Below, piece by piece: positions 19,195 to 29,613 of a DNA stretch of 64,000 nucleotides. The notes under the pieces are model-generated. The model made no database searches. It was not told where the DNA came from and saw only the letters and a program-made list of their open reading frames with translations. Source of the DNA: an uncultured Bacteroidota bacterium (GTDB lineage: Bacteria; Bacteroidota; Bacteroidia; UKL13-3); contig CAINMV010000010.1 of NCBI GenBank assembly GCA_903850915.1, positions 980-64,979 on the forward strand, in the 5' to 3' direction. How positions within the stretch are numbered: position 1 is the stretch's first letter; every line of letters starts with the position of its first letter. Position numbers and translations under genes: made by a program.

Positions 19195-21606
19195 TTATTT
19201 GCCAGTTCCAATACCACCACCCGAATTATTAAAGTCCATTCGGCTATCCTTGGTATTCTTCTTGGTGCGCTTCTTGCCATCACCTTGCCAACCTTTACTA
19301 AATTTGTATTGAAATGTGAGATAAGCATAGCGAGTCTCCGACTGAAAATAGCCCGTAATATCGGAACCTGCAGAGGTGAGATTGTATCGGTATCTTCCTG
19401 ATTTTAAAAGATCATTTACGTTTAGACTAAGGCTACCGTTCTCTTTCCAAAAAACATAACGATAACCCGCGTTCAATTGGTAATTGCCATTCATATACCC
19501 TTGGGGGGTGCGGAACTTTGAATAACAATATCCATTGATATTAATACTGTGTTTCTTTTTAAACTTAAAATTATTTTGCATATATAAATTATAGCCGGCA
19601 CCATGACTCACATCATTAAAATAATTGTAATTCCCAGATATGCTTAAAGTAGCCGAATACCACCTTTTATAGCTCGCCTGTATGTATGCATCGGCCCCGT
19701 AACTCCAGGTGTGCAATATATTAACATAGCTCACATAAGTTATTTGAGATGTATCAGTTAAAACGGCATAAGTACTTGAGTTTTTTGTAAAAGCACCATA
19801 CAATGAAAACCCAGAGCCTCCTATATTAAAATCGTTCCCGCCTTCAAACTGCTTTTGAAAATCAAGGCTCAATGTATTACTTATGGCAGGAAGCAACTTG
19901 GGATTACCTCTATTACCAACATAACGGTCAGAATAACTCACCGAATTGTTTAACATGTTAAATGGAACACGATCGATACGACGGCTATAACTTGTAGAAA
20001 AAGTACGATTTTCTTCAAACTTTTTACTCATCTGCAGGTCAGGAAATAAATTAATATAGTTTTGATTTACATCTGAAATATTAGAACTCACTTTTGTGAA
20101 TTCTCCACGTAATCCAAGTTCATATTCCCATTTTTTGTATTTATTACTGTATTGCCCATATGCTGCAGCAACATTCTCAAAATAATCAAACGCATTGCTT
20201 CTGCTACTATCTAAATTCCACCCAACCTTCTCATTTTTATAAAAATTGAAATCACTTCTATTTCCAGTATAGCTATTTTTAATACCACACTCAAATTTCC
20301 CATCCCCTTTTAACGTTCGGCTATAATCAACCTGTAAAACATTGCTACTCGCATAACCTCCTGTTTTACTGTATTGACGCTCTATTAAAAGCAAAGGCAA
20401 ATCAAAAACCGTACGGATACTATCAAGGTTAGCTCTTTTATATTTGCTCTGAGTTATGTCGAAAGATAATTCTTCTCCGGCTCGCTTTGTTTTTAAAACA
20501 TAATTTAAATTCATGGTTTGCGAATTATAATTGCCATCCGTGCCTGAATTTGAATTTGTAGCGGGCAAATAAAAATTGTTTTTTGAAAGTGACTTTGATG
20601 AATTATTGTATTGTGATAACCCATACATATACGAGCAACCGAAGGTGTTTTTGTCGTTGATAAAATAATCGATTCCAGTCTTTATAAATGCATTCGAAGA
20701 CTGCGTAGTTCCATCAACGTCGGTTAACATTGTTTGTCCGTTTTGCGATCTTTGATTCTGGCTTTTCATTTGACGCTGATCGTAACGAAGATTGGAGTTA
20801 ATAAAAACATTGGTTTTGTTGCGTCGGATATTGGCATTGACACCACCACTATACTTGTTTACGCCAGAGAATTCATAGCGGCTTCCTATTCCTAAACTAG
20901 CATTGCCATTCATCCCTAGTTTTTTTTCTTTTTTTAGTTTCACATTGATGATAGCACCGGAACCAGCAGCATCATATTTAGCCCCTGGATTGGTTATTAC
21001 TTCTATGCTCTCTATGCTACCTGCAGGGAAAAACTTAATCGCTTCGGCTGGATTTTCTGCAGCAAGCGCAGAAGGTCGGTCATCGATGAAAACCCGAATA
21101 CCACTTTTCCCTCTAACTGTGATTTTATCATCGTTATCAATAAACACACCTGGTATTTTTTTTAACACCTCTAAACCATTAAGACCAATATTGGTTTGAT
21201 CTTTGGAAATAGTATAAACTGTTTTGCCCGGTTTAAATTCGATGGCGTTTTTTATCGCTGAGATATTGACTTCCTTAAGCGTAGTATTGTTTTTATTTAA
21301 TTGAATAGCGGGTAAACTAAAAAATGTTTTAAAATCAATATAAGAAGAGGAGTATTTATCGTAGCCTAAAAAGCTCACTTCCAAGAAATACTTGCCAGGA
21401 GCCATTTTCTGAAATGTAAATTGTCCTTTCTCATTGGTTAGCGAATTGTTTACATAACTGCTGTCGCTGTTTTTTATCACAACAGAGGCCAATTCAACAG
21501 GTAAATGACTGTTAGCATCGTATACGCCACCTGTTAAGGTAGCCGCAGATTGACCGAAAGATACTAGTGAAATAAAAAAAAATAAAACTGATATTGCCTT
21601 TTGCAT
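19195..21606 (-). CDS. outer-membrane beta-barrel/TonB-dependent receptor-like protein (CarboxypepD_reg domain)
   Basis: 803 aa with signal peptide and the same N-terminal domain type as the convergent neighbour. Confidence 0.65.
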   Translation of the reverse strand: MQKAISVLFFFISLVSFGQSAATLTGGVYDANSHLPVELASVVIKNSDSSYVNNSLTNEKGQFTFQKMAPGKYFLEVSFLGYDKYSSSYIDFKTFFSLPAIQLNKNNTTLKEVNISAIKNAIEFKPGKTVYTISKDQTNIGLNGLEVLKKIPGVFIDNDDKITVRGKSGIRVFIDDRPSALAAENPAEAIKFFPAGSIESIEVITNPGAKYDAAGSGAIINVKLKKEKKLGMNGNASLGIGSRYEFSGVNKYSGGVNANIRRNKTNVFINSNLRYDQRQMKSQNQRSQNGQTMLTDVDGTTQSSNAFIKTGIDYFINDKNTFGCSYMYGLSQYNNSSKSLSKNNFYLPATNSNSGTDGNYNSQTMNLNYVLKTKRAGEELSFDITQSKYKRANLDSIRTVFDLPLLLIERQYSKTGGYASSNVLQVDYSRTLKGDGKFECGIKNSYTGNRSDFNFYKNEKVGWNLDSSRSNAFDYFENVAAAYGQYSNKYKKWEYELGLRGEFTKVSSNISDVNQNYINLFPDLQMSKKFEENRTFSTSYSRRIDRVPFNMLNNSVSYSDRYVGNRGNPKLLPAISNTLSLDFQKQFEGGNDFNIGGSGFSLYGAFTKNSSTYAVLTDTSQITYVSYVNILHTWSYGADAYIQASYKRWYSATLSISGNYNYFNDVSHGAGYNLYMQNNFKFKKKHSININGYCYSKFRTPQGYMNGNYQLNAGYRYVFWKENGSLSLNVNDLLKSGRYRYNLTSAGSDITGYFQSETRYAYLTFQYKFSKGWQGDGKKRTKKNTKDSRMDFNNSGGGIGTGK

Positions 21607-21899
21607 AAAGGCGACAAATATAATTGAGTTTACACTAAGCTAAACAATTGGTTTGCATAAAATGGCTTAAAAAAAGCAGATTTCGACTATTTTTATTCGA
21701 TTCATCAAATAGTATCTATAAAAAAACTGACAACACCTTTTTAAAAAGCTATCCACTCTCTGCCTCAAACCCAACATAGGCAGGCACTCCATTAGTATAG
21801 CCTGAAAACAATTACATCTTCTTCATAAGGAAGAAAAAAAATGAGAAAAATCATTTTTTCTTAAAACAGCGATTCACTAATTTAGCGCACTGAAAAGCC

Positions 21900-23195
21900 A
21901 TGGAACAATTAAAAGAGAAGTTTTTAGCAAAATCATCAGTTTTTGCAGCAGAAGTTAAAGATATCATTAAAAAACACGGTGCTGAAAAATTCGGCGAATA
22001 TACTGTAGATGATGTTTACGGAGGTATGAAAGGGATTACCGGTTTGGTAACTGAAACCTCGGCACTCGATGCCAACGAAGGTATTCGTTTTCGCGGATAT
22101 TCCATTCCTGAACTATGTGAGAAGCTTCCTGGCGATGGCACTCCTTACCCTGAAGGATTATTTCATTTAATGCTTATTGGCGAACTTCCAACGTTGGAAG
22201 ACACCAAAGAAATCAACAAGCTTTGGACAGAGCGTTGGGATGTTCCTGAGCATGTTTTTACAACACTCGACAGCTTGCCATTGAATACGCATCCAATGAC
22301 ACAGTTCAGCATTGGCATTATGGCCATGCAAACTGAAAGTGTTTTTGCAAAAGCTTACCATGATGGCATAAACAAAAAAGATTATTGGGCATACCAATTT
22401 GAAGACGCGATGAATTTGATTGCGCGTTTGCCGCGTGTGGCGGCTTATATTTATCGCAGAACCTATAAAAATAGTGTTCACATACAACCTGATACCAGCC
22501 TCGACTGGGCAGGTAACTTTGCACATATGCTTGGCTATGATGGCGATGAATTTAAAAAACTTATGCGTCTATACCTTACTATACATGCCGACCATGAAGG
22601 TGGAAACGTGTCTGCCCATACCACGCATTTGGTAGGTTCAGCATTAAGCGACCCATACTTGTCTTTTTCTGCAGCAATGAATGGCTTGGCCGGTCCTTTG
22701 CATGGACTTGCAAATCAAGAGGTGATACGTTGGCTAAAGAAAATGTGCGAGCAGTTGGGGGTAACGCGCCCAACCAATGAGCAAATTGCAAAATATGTTC
22801 AAGATACTTTAACTGCTGGTCAGGTAGTTCCTGGATATGGGCATGCCGTACTTCGCAAGACAGACCCACGCTTTACCGCTCAAATGGAATTTGCTAAAAA
22901 GTATTTCCCGGATGACGATATGGTAAATACCGTTTGGAATGTTTATGAAACTGTACCTCCTATTTTGGAGTCGTTAGGTAAAGTGAAAAACCCATGGCCC
23001 AATGTTGACGCCCACTCTGGAGCGTTACTTCAACATTACGGATTCTTAGAAGAAGACTTTTATACTGTATTATTTGGTGTTTCTCGCTCCTTGGGTGTAC
23101 TAGCATCTTTAGTTTGGGATAGGGCAATAGGACTTCCGTTGGAACGACCAAAATCAATTACAACCGAAGCTATAAAGAAAAAACTAGGAATTTAA
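21900..23195 (+). CDS. gltA: citrate synthase
   Basis: 431 aa type-I citrate synthase blocks (..[13 protein letters not shown].., HGGANE-like). Confidence 0.9.
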   Translation: MEQLKEKFLAKSSVFAAEVKDIIKKHGAEKFGEYTVDDVYGGMKGITGLVTETSALDANEGIRFRGYSIPELCEKLPGDGTPYPEGLFHLMLIGELPTLEDTKEINKLWTERWDVPEHVFTTLDSLPLNTHPMTQFSIGIMAMQTESVFAKAYHDGINKKDYWAYQFEDAMNLIARLPRVAAYIYRRTYKNSVHIQPDTSLDWAGNFAHMLGYDGDEFKKLMRLYLTIHADHEGGNVSAHTTHLVGSALSDPYLSFSAAMNGLAGPLHGLANQEVIRWLKKMCEQLGVTRPTNEQIAKYVQDTLTAGQVVPGYGHAVLRKTDPRFTAQMEFAKKYFPDDDMVNTVWNVYETVPPILESLGKVKNPWPNVDAHSGALLQHYGFLEEDFYTVLFGVSRSLGVLASLVWDRAIGLPLERPKSITTEAIKKKLGI

Positions 23196-23371
23196 TAAAT
23201 TCCGGGTTCCTATTCCTTTATCTTGCTTTGTAAATTCCAAAGGTTATTGCATTTCCAGATTTTGGGTTTGTATTTTCAGTCCGTTTTGAACAAATCCTAA
23301 CCCTTTATTAACACTTCTATTTTTTAAATGGTAATAATTTTCTATTTTCACATATAAATTCTCATTCAATC

Positions 23372-23971
23372 ATGAAACTAACCTTACATCGTATTCAATT
23401 TTCGACTTCCGTATTACTATCAATTTTAATTTTAGCGTCTTGTAGCTATCAACGTTACGGCTACCTGCAACGTGGTGAGGTGAAAAAAACAGAGCTTACC
23501 TATGCAAAGTCAGGCCAAACAAAGCCTACAATTCAAAGCACCATTTCCGATATCAAACTAGCATCTACCAATATTAAATCCCCTTCAGCAATTTTGTTAG
23601 AGCGTAACTTCATCAATCAATCTAATGTTGAAAATGCATTCTACAACTCATTGGTTGTAAAACCGATTAACGCTAAAGAAATTAAAAATAAATTTGTGAA
23701 TGCTGCTATTAAGAACACCACAAAAATCCAATTCGCAAAAAAAGATCACGAACGTACCTCTGAATTTAAAAAAGGCGCTGGGGTAAATAAGAAAAATGAT
23801 TTATCAACTGGAATTTTAATACTCATTGCATTTTTCATACCTCCTGTTGCCGTTGGATTAGCAAGCGATTGGGAGGATACCAATGCACTAATAGTTAATA
23901 TTTTGCTTACCCTACTTTGTGGTATCCCAGGAATCATTCACGCCATTATTTATATACTTGATAACGAATAA
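23372..23971 (+). CDS. lipoprotein with C-terminal YqaE/Pmp3 (UPF0057) proteolipid domain
   Basis: Lipobox (LASC), about 140-aa K/N-rich extension, then a typical two-TM Pmp3 module (GILILIAFFIPPVAVGL...IHAIIYIL). Confidence 0.5.
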   Translation: MKLTLHRIQFSTSVLLSILILASCSYQRYGYLQRGEVKKTELTYAKSGQTKPTIQSTISDIKLASTNIKSPSAILLERNFINQSNVENAFYNSLVVKPINAKEIKNKFVNAAIKNTTKIQFAKKDHERTSEFKKGAGVNKKNDLSTGILILIAFFIPPVAVGLASDWEDTNALIVNILLTLLCGIPGIIHAIIYILDNE

Positions 23972-23973
23972 CG

Positions 23974-24258
23974 TTGACAAGGCGCTATTATATTATCGGT
24001 GGGTTAGCCCTAATACCAATAGTATTATGGATTTTACCTGCTGATTTCTTCGACTCTGGATTACCACCACTTTGCCTTTCGCAAATCTTGTTTCATCATA
24101 GTTGTCCGGGTTGTGGAATTACGCGTGCAGTCCAACATGCTCTTCATCTAGAATTTGAAGAGGCTTGGATTTACAATAAACTAATAATTGTAGTGCTTCC
24201 TGGTTTAGTTTACTATTGGATCGTCTTTTTAAGAAGGCAGCTTCGCGGTTCGAATTAG
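23974..24258 (+). CDS. DUF2752 family membrane protein
   Basis: 94 aa with CPGCGITRA motif. Start is 3 nt after the upstream stop. Confidence 0.6.
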   Translation: MTRRYYIIGGLALIPIVLWILPADFFDSGLPPLCLSQILFHHSCPGCGITRAVQHALHLEFEEAWIYNKLIIVVLPGLVYYWIVFLRRQLRGSN

Positions 24259-24261
24259 AAG

Positions 24262-24960
24262 TTATAAGTCACCTAGTTGCGGGCGAATTAATAGTTCCTC
24301 TACCACCGCCGATTTTAAATCGTAACACCCCCATACAGCTTTGGCTATTTCAAAACTCGGCATAAAACGAGACTCCGGTAACGTGGTGCCCACCCAAGAA
24401 TTAGTATACGTTGCTCCTGGCAAAACAGCAGTTACCTTTATTCCATCCGATTTCAGCTCTTCACGGAGTACCTTGCTAAAGCCTAACATCGCAAACTTGC
24501 TTATGCTATAACTTCCACCATTAGTATAGGCAATGATACTTGCCGTGGAACAAATATTGAAAATGTGCGCGTCTTTGGTTTTTCGAATCAAAGGCATCAA
24601 AGCACGCGTCAGATGATAACTTCCTGCAATATTAATGTTCATGATAGACTCAAAAACACCATCTTCTTCCTCACATATAGTTCCTGGTTTGAATACACCT
24701 GCATTATTCACCAACACATCGACTTGACTGAATTCAGCAGCTAAAGCCACACTAAATGCCATTACCTCCTCTTTTTTACCAATATCAAACGCCCAAACAA
24801 AAACTTTAATTGTGGGGAACTTATCGGTAAGCTCCGATTTAAAGACATTGAGGTCACTTTCATTTCTTGCGGTTATAATCACATCAAAACCTTTCTCAGC
24901 AAACAATTCCACAATAGCGCGACCAATGCCTTTGGTGCCTCCTGTTACTACAATATTCAT
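24262..24960 (-). CDS. SDR family oxidoreductase
   Basis: TGGTKGIGRAI Rossmann motif, NNAG, YxxxK catalytic pattern. Confidence 0.8.
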   Translation of the reverse strand: MNIVVTGGTKGIGRAIVELFAEKGFDVIITARNESDLNVFKSELTDKFPTIKVFVWAFDIGKKEEVMAFSVALAAEFSQVDVLVNNAGVFKPGTICEEEDGVFESIMNINIAGSYHLTRALMPLIRKTKDAHIFNICSTASIIAYTNGGSYSISKFAMLGFSKVLREELKSDGIKVTAVLPGATYTNSWVGTTLPESRFMPSFEIAKAVWGCYDLKSAVVEELLIRPQLGDL

Positions 24961-25005
24961 AGTGCAAGATATTAAATTCCAATCGTTAATTTCGAGGCAA
25001 TATTT

Positions 25006-25692
25006 ATGCAGTTATATTACGCCCCCGATCTCAGCAAAAACGCTAAACTTCCTATCGAAGAGTCGAAACATTGTATGAAGATTTTACGTCATCAAATTGG
25101 CGATATCATTCATGTTACAGATGGTCTAGGGTTTTTCTATGACTGTGAAATTTCCGACTCAAATGGCAGTTTAATAATCCGAAATCGAGTAAAACAAGAG
25201 CGGCAACGTGCGTATCATTTACATCTTGCTGTTGCTCCAACAAAAAATGGAGAAAGAACCGATTGGATGATTGAGAAGCTTGTAGAATTCGGAATCGACG
25301 AACTCACTTTTTTAGATTGCTCTCATAACGAAAGAAATAAAATTAACCTCGAACGTTGTGAACGTGTTGCCATTTCTGCCATGAAACAATCCGTAAAAGC
25401 GTATCATTTAAAAATAAATAACATAATTTCATGGAGCGAACTCCTTAAGAGATCTTCTACTTCGGACACAAGACTGATAGCCCATTGCGACTCCTCTTTT
25501 TCTAAGATTGAACTACAAAATACCAATAGAAAACAAAATATACTTTACTGCATTGGCCCAGAAGGCGATTTTTCGAAACAAGAAATTACAAGCGCACTAT
25601 CGCAAGGCTTTGAAGGTGTTTCTTTGGGTGCAAGCCGTTTGCGCACCGAAACTGCCGCCATCGCGGTCTGCAGTTTTTTTTACTTCCAATAA
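25006..25692 (+). CDS. rsmE: 16S rRNA (uracil1498-N3)-methyltransferase
   Basis: 228 aa, RsmE family features (PUA-like N-terminus, C-terminal GPEGDFS). Confidence 0.8.
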   Translation: MQLYYAPDLSKNAKLPIEESKHCMKILRHQIGDIIHVTDGLGFFYDCEISDSNGSLIIRNRVKQERQRAYHLHLAVAPTKNGERTDWMIEKLVEFGIDELTFLDCSHNERNKINLERCERVAISAMKQSVKAYHLKINNIISWSELLKRSSTSDTRLIAHCDSSFSKIELQNTNRKQNILYCIGPEGDFSKQEITSALSQGFEGVSLGASRLRTETAAIAVCSFFYFQ

Positions 25693-26099
25693 TATAAAGC
25701 CATTATTTATACCCATGTTTCAAACCAAAACCAATATCTATAATAATCCTCCGGAATTGGAATACCAACCCAAAAAGGTATGAAATAAAGTAAAATAACA
25801 ATCGAGAAAATGAGAATGTATAGACCGATTTCTTTCCTTACTGTTTGCCCTAAAAAATAATCTAACCAATAGTACTGCGAACTGCCCTTCAATTGCCTCT
25901 AAAAAGATTAAGGTAGCTTTCTTTGAGCTCTGAGGAAAAGGAATTTATTGGTTAGAATAAGCCTATTCTCAGCGAATGCATGATTTATATTGTAGAAAAA
26001 AAGGAACTTAAAAGTTCGCAATTAAATTGGGGTCATTTTTAATGCTTTTCAATAATTCAAAAAAAACGATCCTAGAAGAACTAATGTTTATAAACAATC

Positions 26100-26516
26100 T
26101 CATTTCTTCGTTAGCTTGATTAAAATTTGATGATTTAAAATCGATGTTTCATATGTTTTTAATGGTTTGATTGCAGGTTCTCTCATGGCCTTTCCTAAAA
26201 GGTTAAAAGAGCTGCCATGAGCATTACAAAACAAACCAGTTTTGGTGGCTATCAACGGTTGATTTTGATGTGAGCATTGCATTTGCAAGGCAGTATAACC
26301 TGAATCCGTTTTTACCAACAAAATATTAAATGCAAGCGAAGAGTGTTGTATAATATTTAACTTATTGGCGGCCATCTTCAATTCGTCGAGATAGATTACT
26401 TTATTTGTAATGGTAGGCTTGTAAATAGGAATTGTACCGCAACCCGATAGACTTAATCCGGCAGCCAGCCCCATACAAACAAGACAGCTATTTTTTAGGA
26501 ATTCTTTTCTTTGCAT
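26100..26516 (-). CDS. Rieske [2Fe-2S] domain lipoprotein
   Basis: CSH...C..HGSxF Rieske boxes; N-terminus QRKEFLK (RR-like KR Tat motif) plus lipobox LSGC. Confidence 0.7.
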   Translation of the reverse strand: MQRKEFLKNSCLVCMGLAAGLSLSGCGTIPIYKPTITNKVIYLDELKMAANKLNIIQHSSLAFNILLVKTDSGYTALQMQCSHQNQPLIATKTGLFCNAHGSSFNLLGKAMREPAIKPLKTYETSILNHQILIKLTKK

Positions 26517-26518
26517 TT

Positions 26519-27748
26519 TTAAAAACTGTAAGCGATGCCTATGTTTACGCTGCTGTTATTCTGGTAAAAAGGAAGTGGCGTTGGGAAAGGGTTTACGTTC
26601 AACGATTCATTGCGAATTCCTGTTTTTGAATATCGATAATCGAATTTAATACAAACACCACGGATAGGCTTATAATTTAATCCTGTAAACACAAAAATTT
26701 TCTCTAGCTCTTTATTTTCCACCCCGTTAGCTGCAATTTTTGCATTGAGATTAATAAATTCTATACGGGCAAATACATTTAACTGTTTGTCGTTTTTTAT
26801 CCCGAATGTTGATGCCAAATTGTAAGCAAATTCAGTGTAGCCTCCCCAAGCAACAGTGGGGGTATTGTTGGCATAGGCTCGGTTAATGGCAAAGGCATCC
26901 GAAATAACTAAGCAGGTACCAAGTAATTTAAACGAAAATTTGTTTTTATTGCACTGAACATTGGCTTCGGATAAAGAAACCGGTGTTCCAAACAAACCAT
27001 TTCTTAGTTGGAGGCTGTCGGCATTTCTTGAATTTAGCCCTGCACTTCCTCCAATATACGTTGAAGCCTGAATTCTGAAACTGCCAACGTAGTATAACAA
27101 GGATCCTGTAATGGCAATGTTCGACGCTGTAGCATCTTTTCCTTCAAACCGCCCACCCCTTATGCCATTACCACTTGTAAAGCCCGCTGAGTTTAATCCG
27201 TTAAAAAGTCCTAGAGAGTAATTGAGTCCGGCCATTTTTCGGGAGTTACCATAGTAGCAAATTCCGAGTTCACGCCAAGTAGAAGGAATAAGTATATTTT
27301 CCAGAACCGGCCTTTCATTGCTATTAAATGTGGTGGGCAAATGATTTTCATTAATAATACCAATTCGGGGAATAATTAATCCTGCAGAAATGTAATTATT
27401 GCTATTCATGTCGAACTTTAGAAACATTTGCTCTAAGGCCAATTCTCCACCAGGCTCTCCAACTTCTATTTTTGCATCTTCCAACTCCCATTCACTAAAA
27501 AAATTAATTTTGTTGCTAAAACGATGCCCGATGAATAATACATTTCGAGTAAGATTAGCATAGGCTGTTTTATTTCTCGTATCATAATTCACCACCACCT
27601 CGCCATAACCCGAAATATAGGTGCTAGTCAAATCTTGCTTTTGCAGGCCGGCAGCCAGTGAGTCCTCATTGGTAAGGATTTGTGATTTTGAAATTCTGGT
27701 TGAAAAAAAGATCAACACCCCGAGCAGAAAATAATATTTGGATGACAT
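26519..27748 (-). CDS. outer-membrane beta-barrel protein (hypothetical)
   Basis: Signal peptide, amphipathic beta pattern, C-terminal YSF. Its stop is 2 nt from the Rieske gene start. Confidence 0.5.
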   Translation of the reverse strand: MSSKYYFLLGVLIFFSTRISKSQILTNEDSLAAGLQKQDLTSTYISGYGEVVVNYDTRNKTAYANLTRNVLFIGHRFSNKINFFSEWELEDAKIEVGEPGGELALEQMFLKFDMNSNNYISAGLIIPRIGIINENHLPTTFNSNERPVLENILIPSTWRELGICYYGNSRKMAGLNYSLGLFNGLNSAGFTSGNGIRGGRFEGKDATASNIAITGSLLYYVGSFRIQASTYIGGSAGLNSRNADSLQLRNGLFGTPVSLSEANVQCNKNKFSFKLLGTCLVISDAFAINRAYANNTPTVAWGGYTEFAYNLASTFGIKNDKQLNVFARIEFINLNAKIAANGVENKELEKIFVFTGLNYKPIRGVCIKFDYRYSKTGIRNESLNVNPFPTPLPFYQNNSSVNIGIAYSF

Positions 27749-27849
27749 AAGACTTGCTATTTAGATTTATTATAAATATACGGCAAATTAAATATAATTA
27801 ATCTAAATAAGCACGATGATTTTCATAATTTTCCAAAATAATAATACAA

Positions 27850-27887
27850 AAAAAAGCCTTTCGAATTTTCGAAAGGCTTTTTTTTGT
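27850..27887. terminator. bidirectional rho-independent terminator downstream of tuf
   Basis: Perfect 12-bp stem aagcctttcgaa/ttcgaaaggctt flanked by A-run and T-run. Confidence 0.65.
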
Positions 27888-27903
27888 ATAGAATAACTAT
27901 GAA

Positions 27904-29103
27904 TTACTTCATAATTTCAGTTACCTGACCAGCACCGATGGTACGACCACCTTCACGAATAGCGAAGCGTAAACCTTTTTCCATTGCAATTGGGTTGATT
28001 AACACAACATTGATTGTTACGTTATCACCAGGCATAATCATTTCTACTCCTTCTGGTAACGTGATTTCTCCAGTTACGTCAGTGGTACGGAAATAAAACT
28101 GAGGACGGTATTTGTTAAAGAATGGAGTGTGACGTCCACCTTCGTCTTTGCTTAATACGTAAATTTCACCTTTAAAATTTGTGTGAGGAGTTACTGAACC
28201 TGGCTTGCAGATAACCATACCTCTACGGATAGCTTCTTTTTCAATACCACGTAACAATAAACCTACGTTATCACCTGCTTCACCACGATCCAAAATCTTA
28301 CGGAACATCTCAACACCCGTTACAACTGAAGTTAATGTTTTCTCGCCTTCTTTTTGTAAACCGATAATTTCTACAGCTTCATTTGAGTTAATTACACCTC
28401 TTTCGATACGGCCAGTAGCAACGGTACCACGACCAGTGATCGAGAATACGTCTTCAACAGGCATCAACATCGGAAGATCAACCAAACGTGGTGGAACTGG
28501 GATATATGTGTCTACGTGATGCATTAATTCCATGATTTTCTCAACCCACTGAGGCTCGCCATTCAAACCACCTAAGGCTGAACCACGAACGATAGGAATC
28601 TCGTCACCAGGGAACTCATATTTATTTAACAATTCACGGATTTCCATTTCAACGATATCCAAGATCTCAGAATCGTCAACCATATCCACTTTATTCATAA
28701 ACACAACAATACGAGGAACACCTACTTGGCGAGCCAAAAGAATATGCTCACGTGTTTGTGGCATAGGACCATCAGTAGCCGCAACCACCAAAATAGCGCC
28801 GTCCATTTGAGCAGCACCAGTAACCATGTTCTTAACATAGTCAGCGTGGCCTGGACAATCAACGTGTGCATAGTGACGATTTGCTGTCGTGTATTCTACG
28901 TGTGCCGTATTAATTGTAATACCGCGTTCTTTTTCTTCAGGAGCTGAGTCGATTGATTCGAAAGAACGTTTTTCAGATAGACCTGCAGCAGCTAATACGC
29001 TAGTAATTGCAGCGGTTAAAGTAGTTTTGCCGTGGTCTACGTGACCGATAGTACCTACGTTTACGTGTGGTTTGCTACGGTCAAATTTCTCTTTAGTTGC
29101 CAT
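27904..29103 (-). CDS. tuf: elongation factor Tu
   Basis: [18 protein letters not shown] and NKVD GTPase motifs; full EF-Tu length. Confidence 0.97.
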   Translation of the reverse strand: MATKEKFDRSKPHVNVGTIGHVDHGKTTLTAAITSVLAAAGLSEKRSFESIDSAPEEKERGITINTAHVEYTTANRHYAHVDCPGHADYVKNMVTGAAQMDGAILVVAATDGPMPQTREHILLARQVGVPRIVVFMNKVDMVDDSEILDIVEMEIRELLNKYEFPGDEIPIVRGSALGGLNGEPQWVEKIMELMHHVDTYIPVPPRLVDLPMLMPVEDVFSITGRGTVATGRIERGVINSNEAVEIIGLQKEGEKTLTSVVTGVEMFRKILDRGEAGDNVGLLLRGIEKEAIRRGMVICKPGSVTPHTNFKGEIYVLSKDEGGRHTPFFNKYRPQFYFRTTDVTGEITLPEGVEMIMPGDNVTINVVLINPIAMEKGLRFAIREGGRTIGAGQVTEIMK

Positions 29104-29184
29104 GATTGAGTATTTGGGTTGTTGTGTTAAATTTAAAAAATATAATATTAAAAAGCTTTTCTTTTTAAGTTCTTACTAAAATTG

Positions 29185-29257
29185 AGCGGGAGACGAGGCT
29201 CGAACCCGCGACCTGCAGCTTGGAAGGCTGCCGCTCTACCAACTGAGCTACTCCCGC
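29185..29257 (-). tRNA. tRNA-Gly (anticodon TCC)
   Basis: Manual fold: acceptor GCGGGAG/CTCCCGC, D-arm GCTCAGTTGGTAGAGC, anticodon loop CTTCCAA, T-arm GCGGGTTCGAGCCTCGT, discriminator U, no encoded CCA. Confidence 0.8.
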
Positions 29258-29303
29258 AATTGATTACATCCTGACTTAATTCCACTGCTAAGTCTTCTCC
29301 TTG

Positions 29304-29375
<72 letters not shown>

Positions 29376-29383
29376 TTATTCCG

Positions 29384-29464
29384 TGGGGAGAGAAGGATTT
29401 GAACCTTCGAAACCGAAGTAACGGATTTACAGTCCGTCCCATTTGACCGCTCTGGAATCTCCCC
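29384..29464 (-). tRNA. tRNA-Tyr (anticodon GTA)
   Basis: Type-II tRNA of 81 nt: acceptor GGGGAGA/TCTCCCC, anticodon loop CTGTAAA, long variable arm, T-arm GAAGGTTCAAATCCTTC. Confidence 0.8.
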
Positions 29465-29537
29465 ATTTCAATTCCTGATTGCGAAGAAGTGATTAACAAT
29501 GGGGTTGAAAATCAAAAAATGCACTTCAAAAACTGAG

Positions 29538-29613
29538 TGGAGCCAAATGCCGGGATCGAACCAGCGACCTACTGATTACAAATCAGTTGCTCTACCAGCT
29601 GAGCTAATTTGGC
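29538..29613 (-). tRNA. tRNA-Thr (anticodon TGT)
   Basis: Acceptor GCCAAAT/ATTTGGC, anticodon loop TTTGTAA, T-arm GCTGGTTCGATCCCGGC, encoded CCA. Confidence 0.8.

Noticed and set aside
25707-25892. 61-aa Trp/Tyr-rich ORF between rsmE and the Rieske gene
   Set aside because: It is possibly a real small membrane protein but lacks any supporting signal. It overlaps the rsmE 3' end and sits in a convergent terminator zone. Left uncalled.
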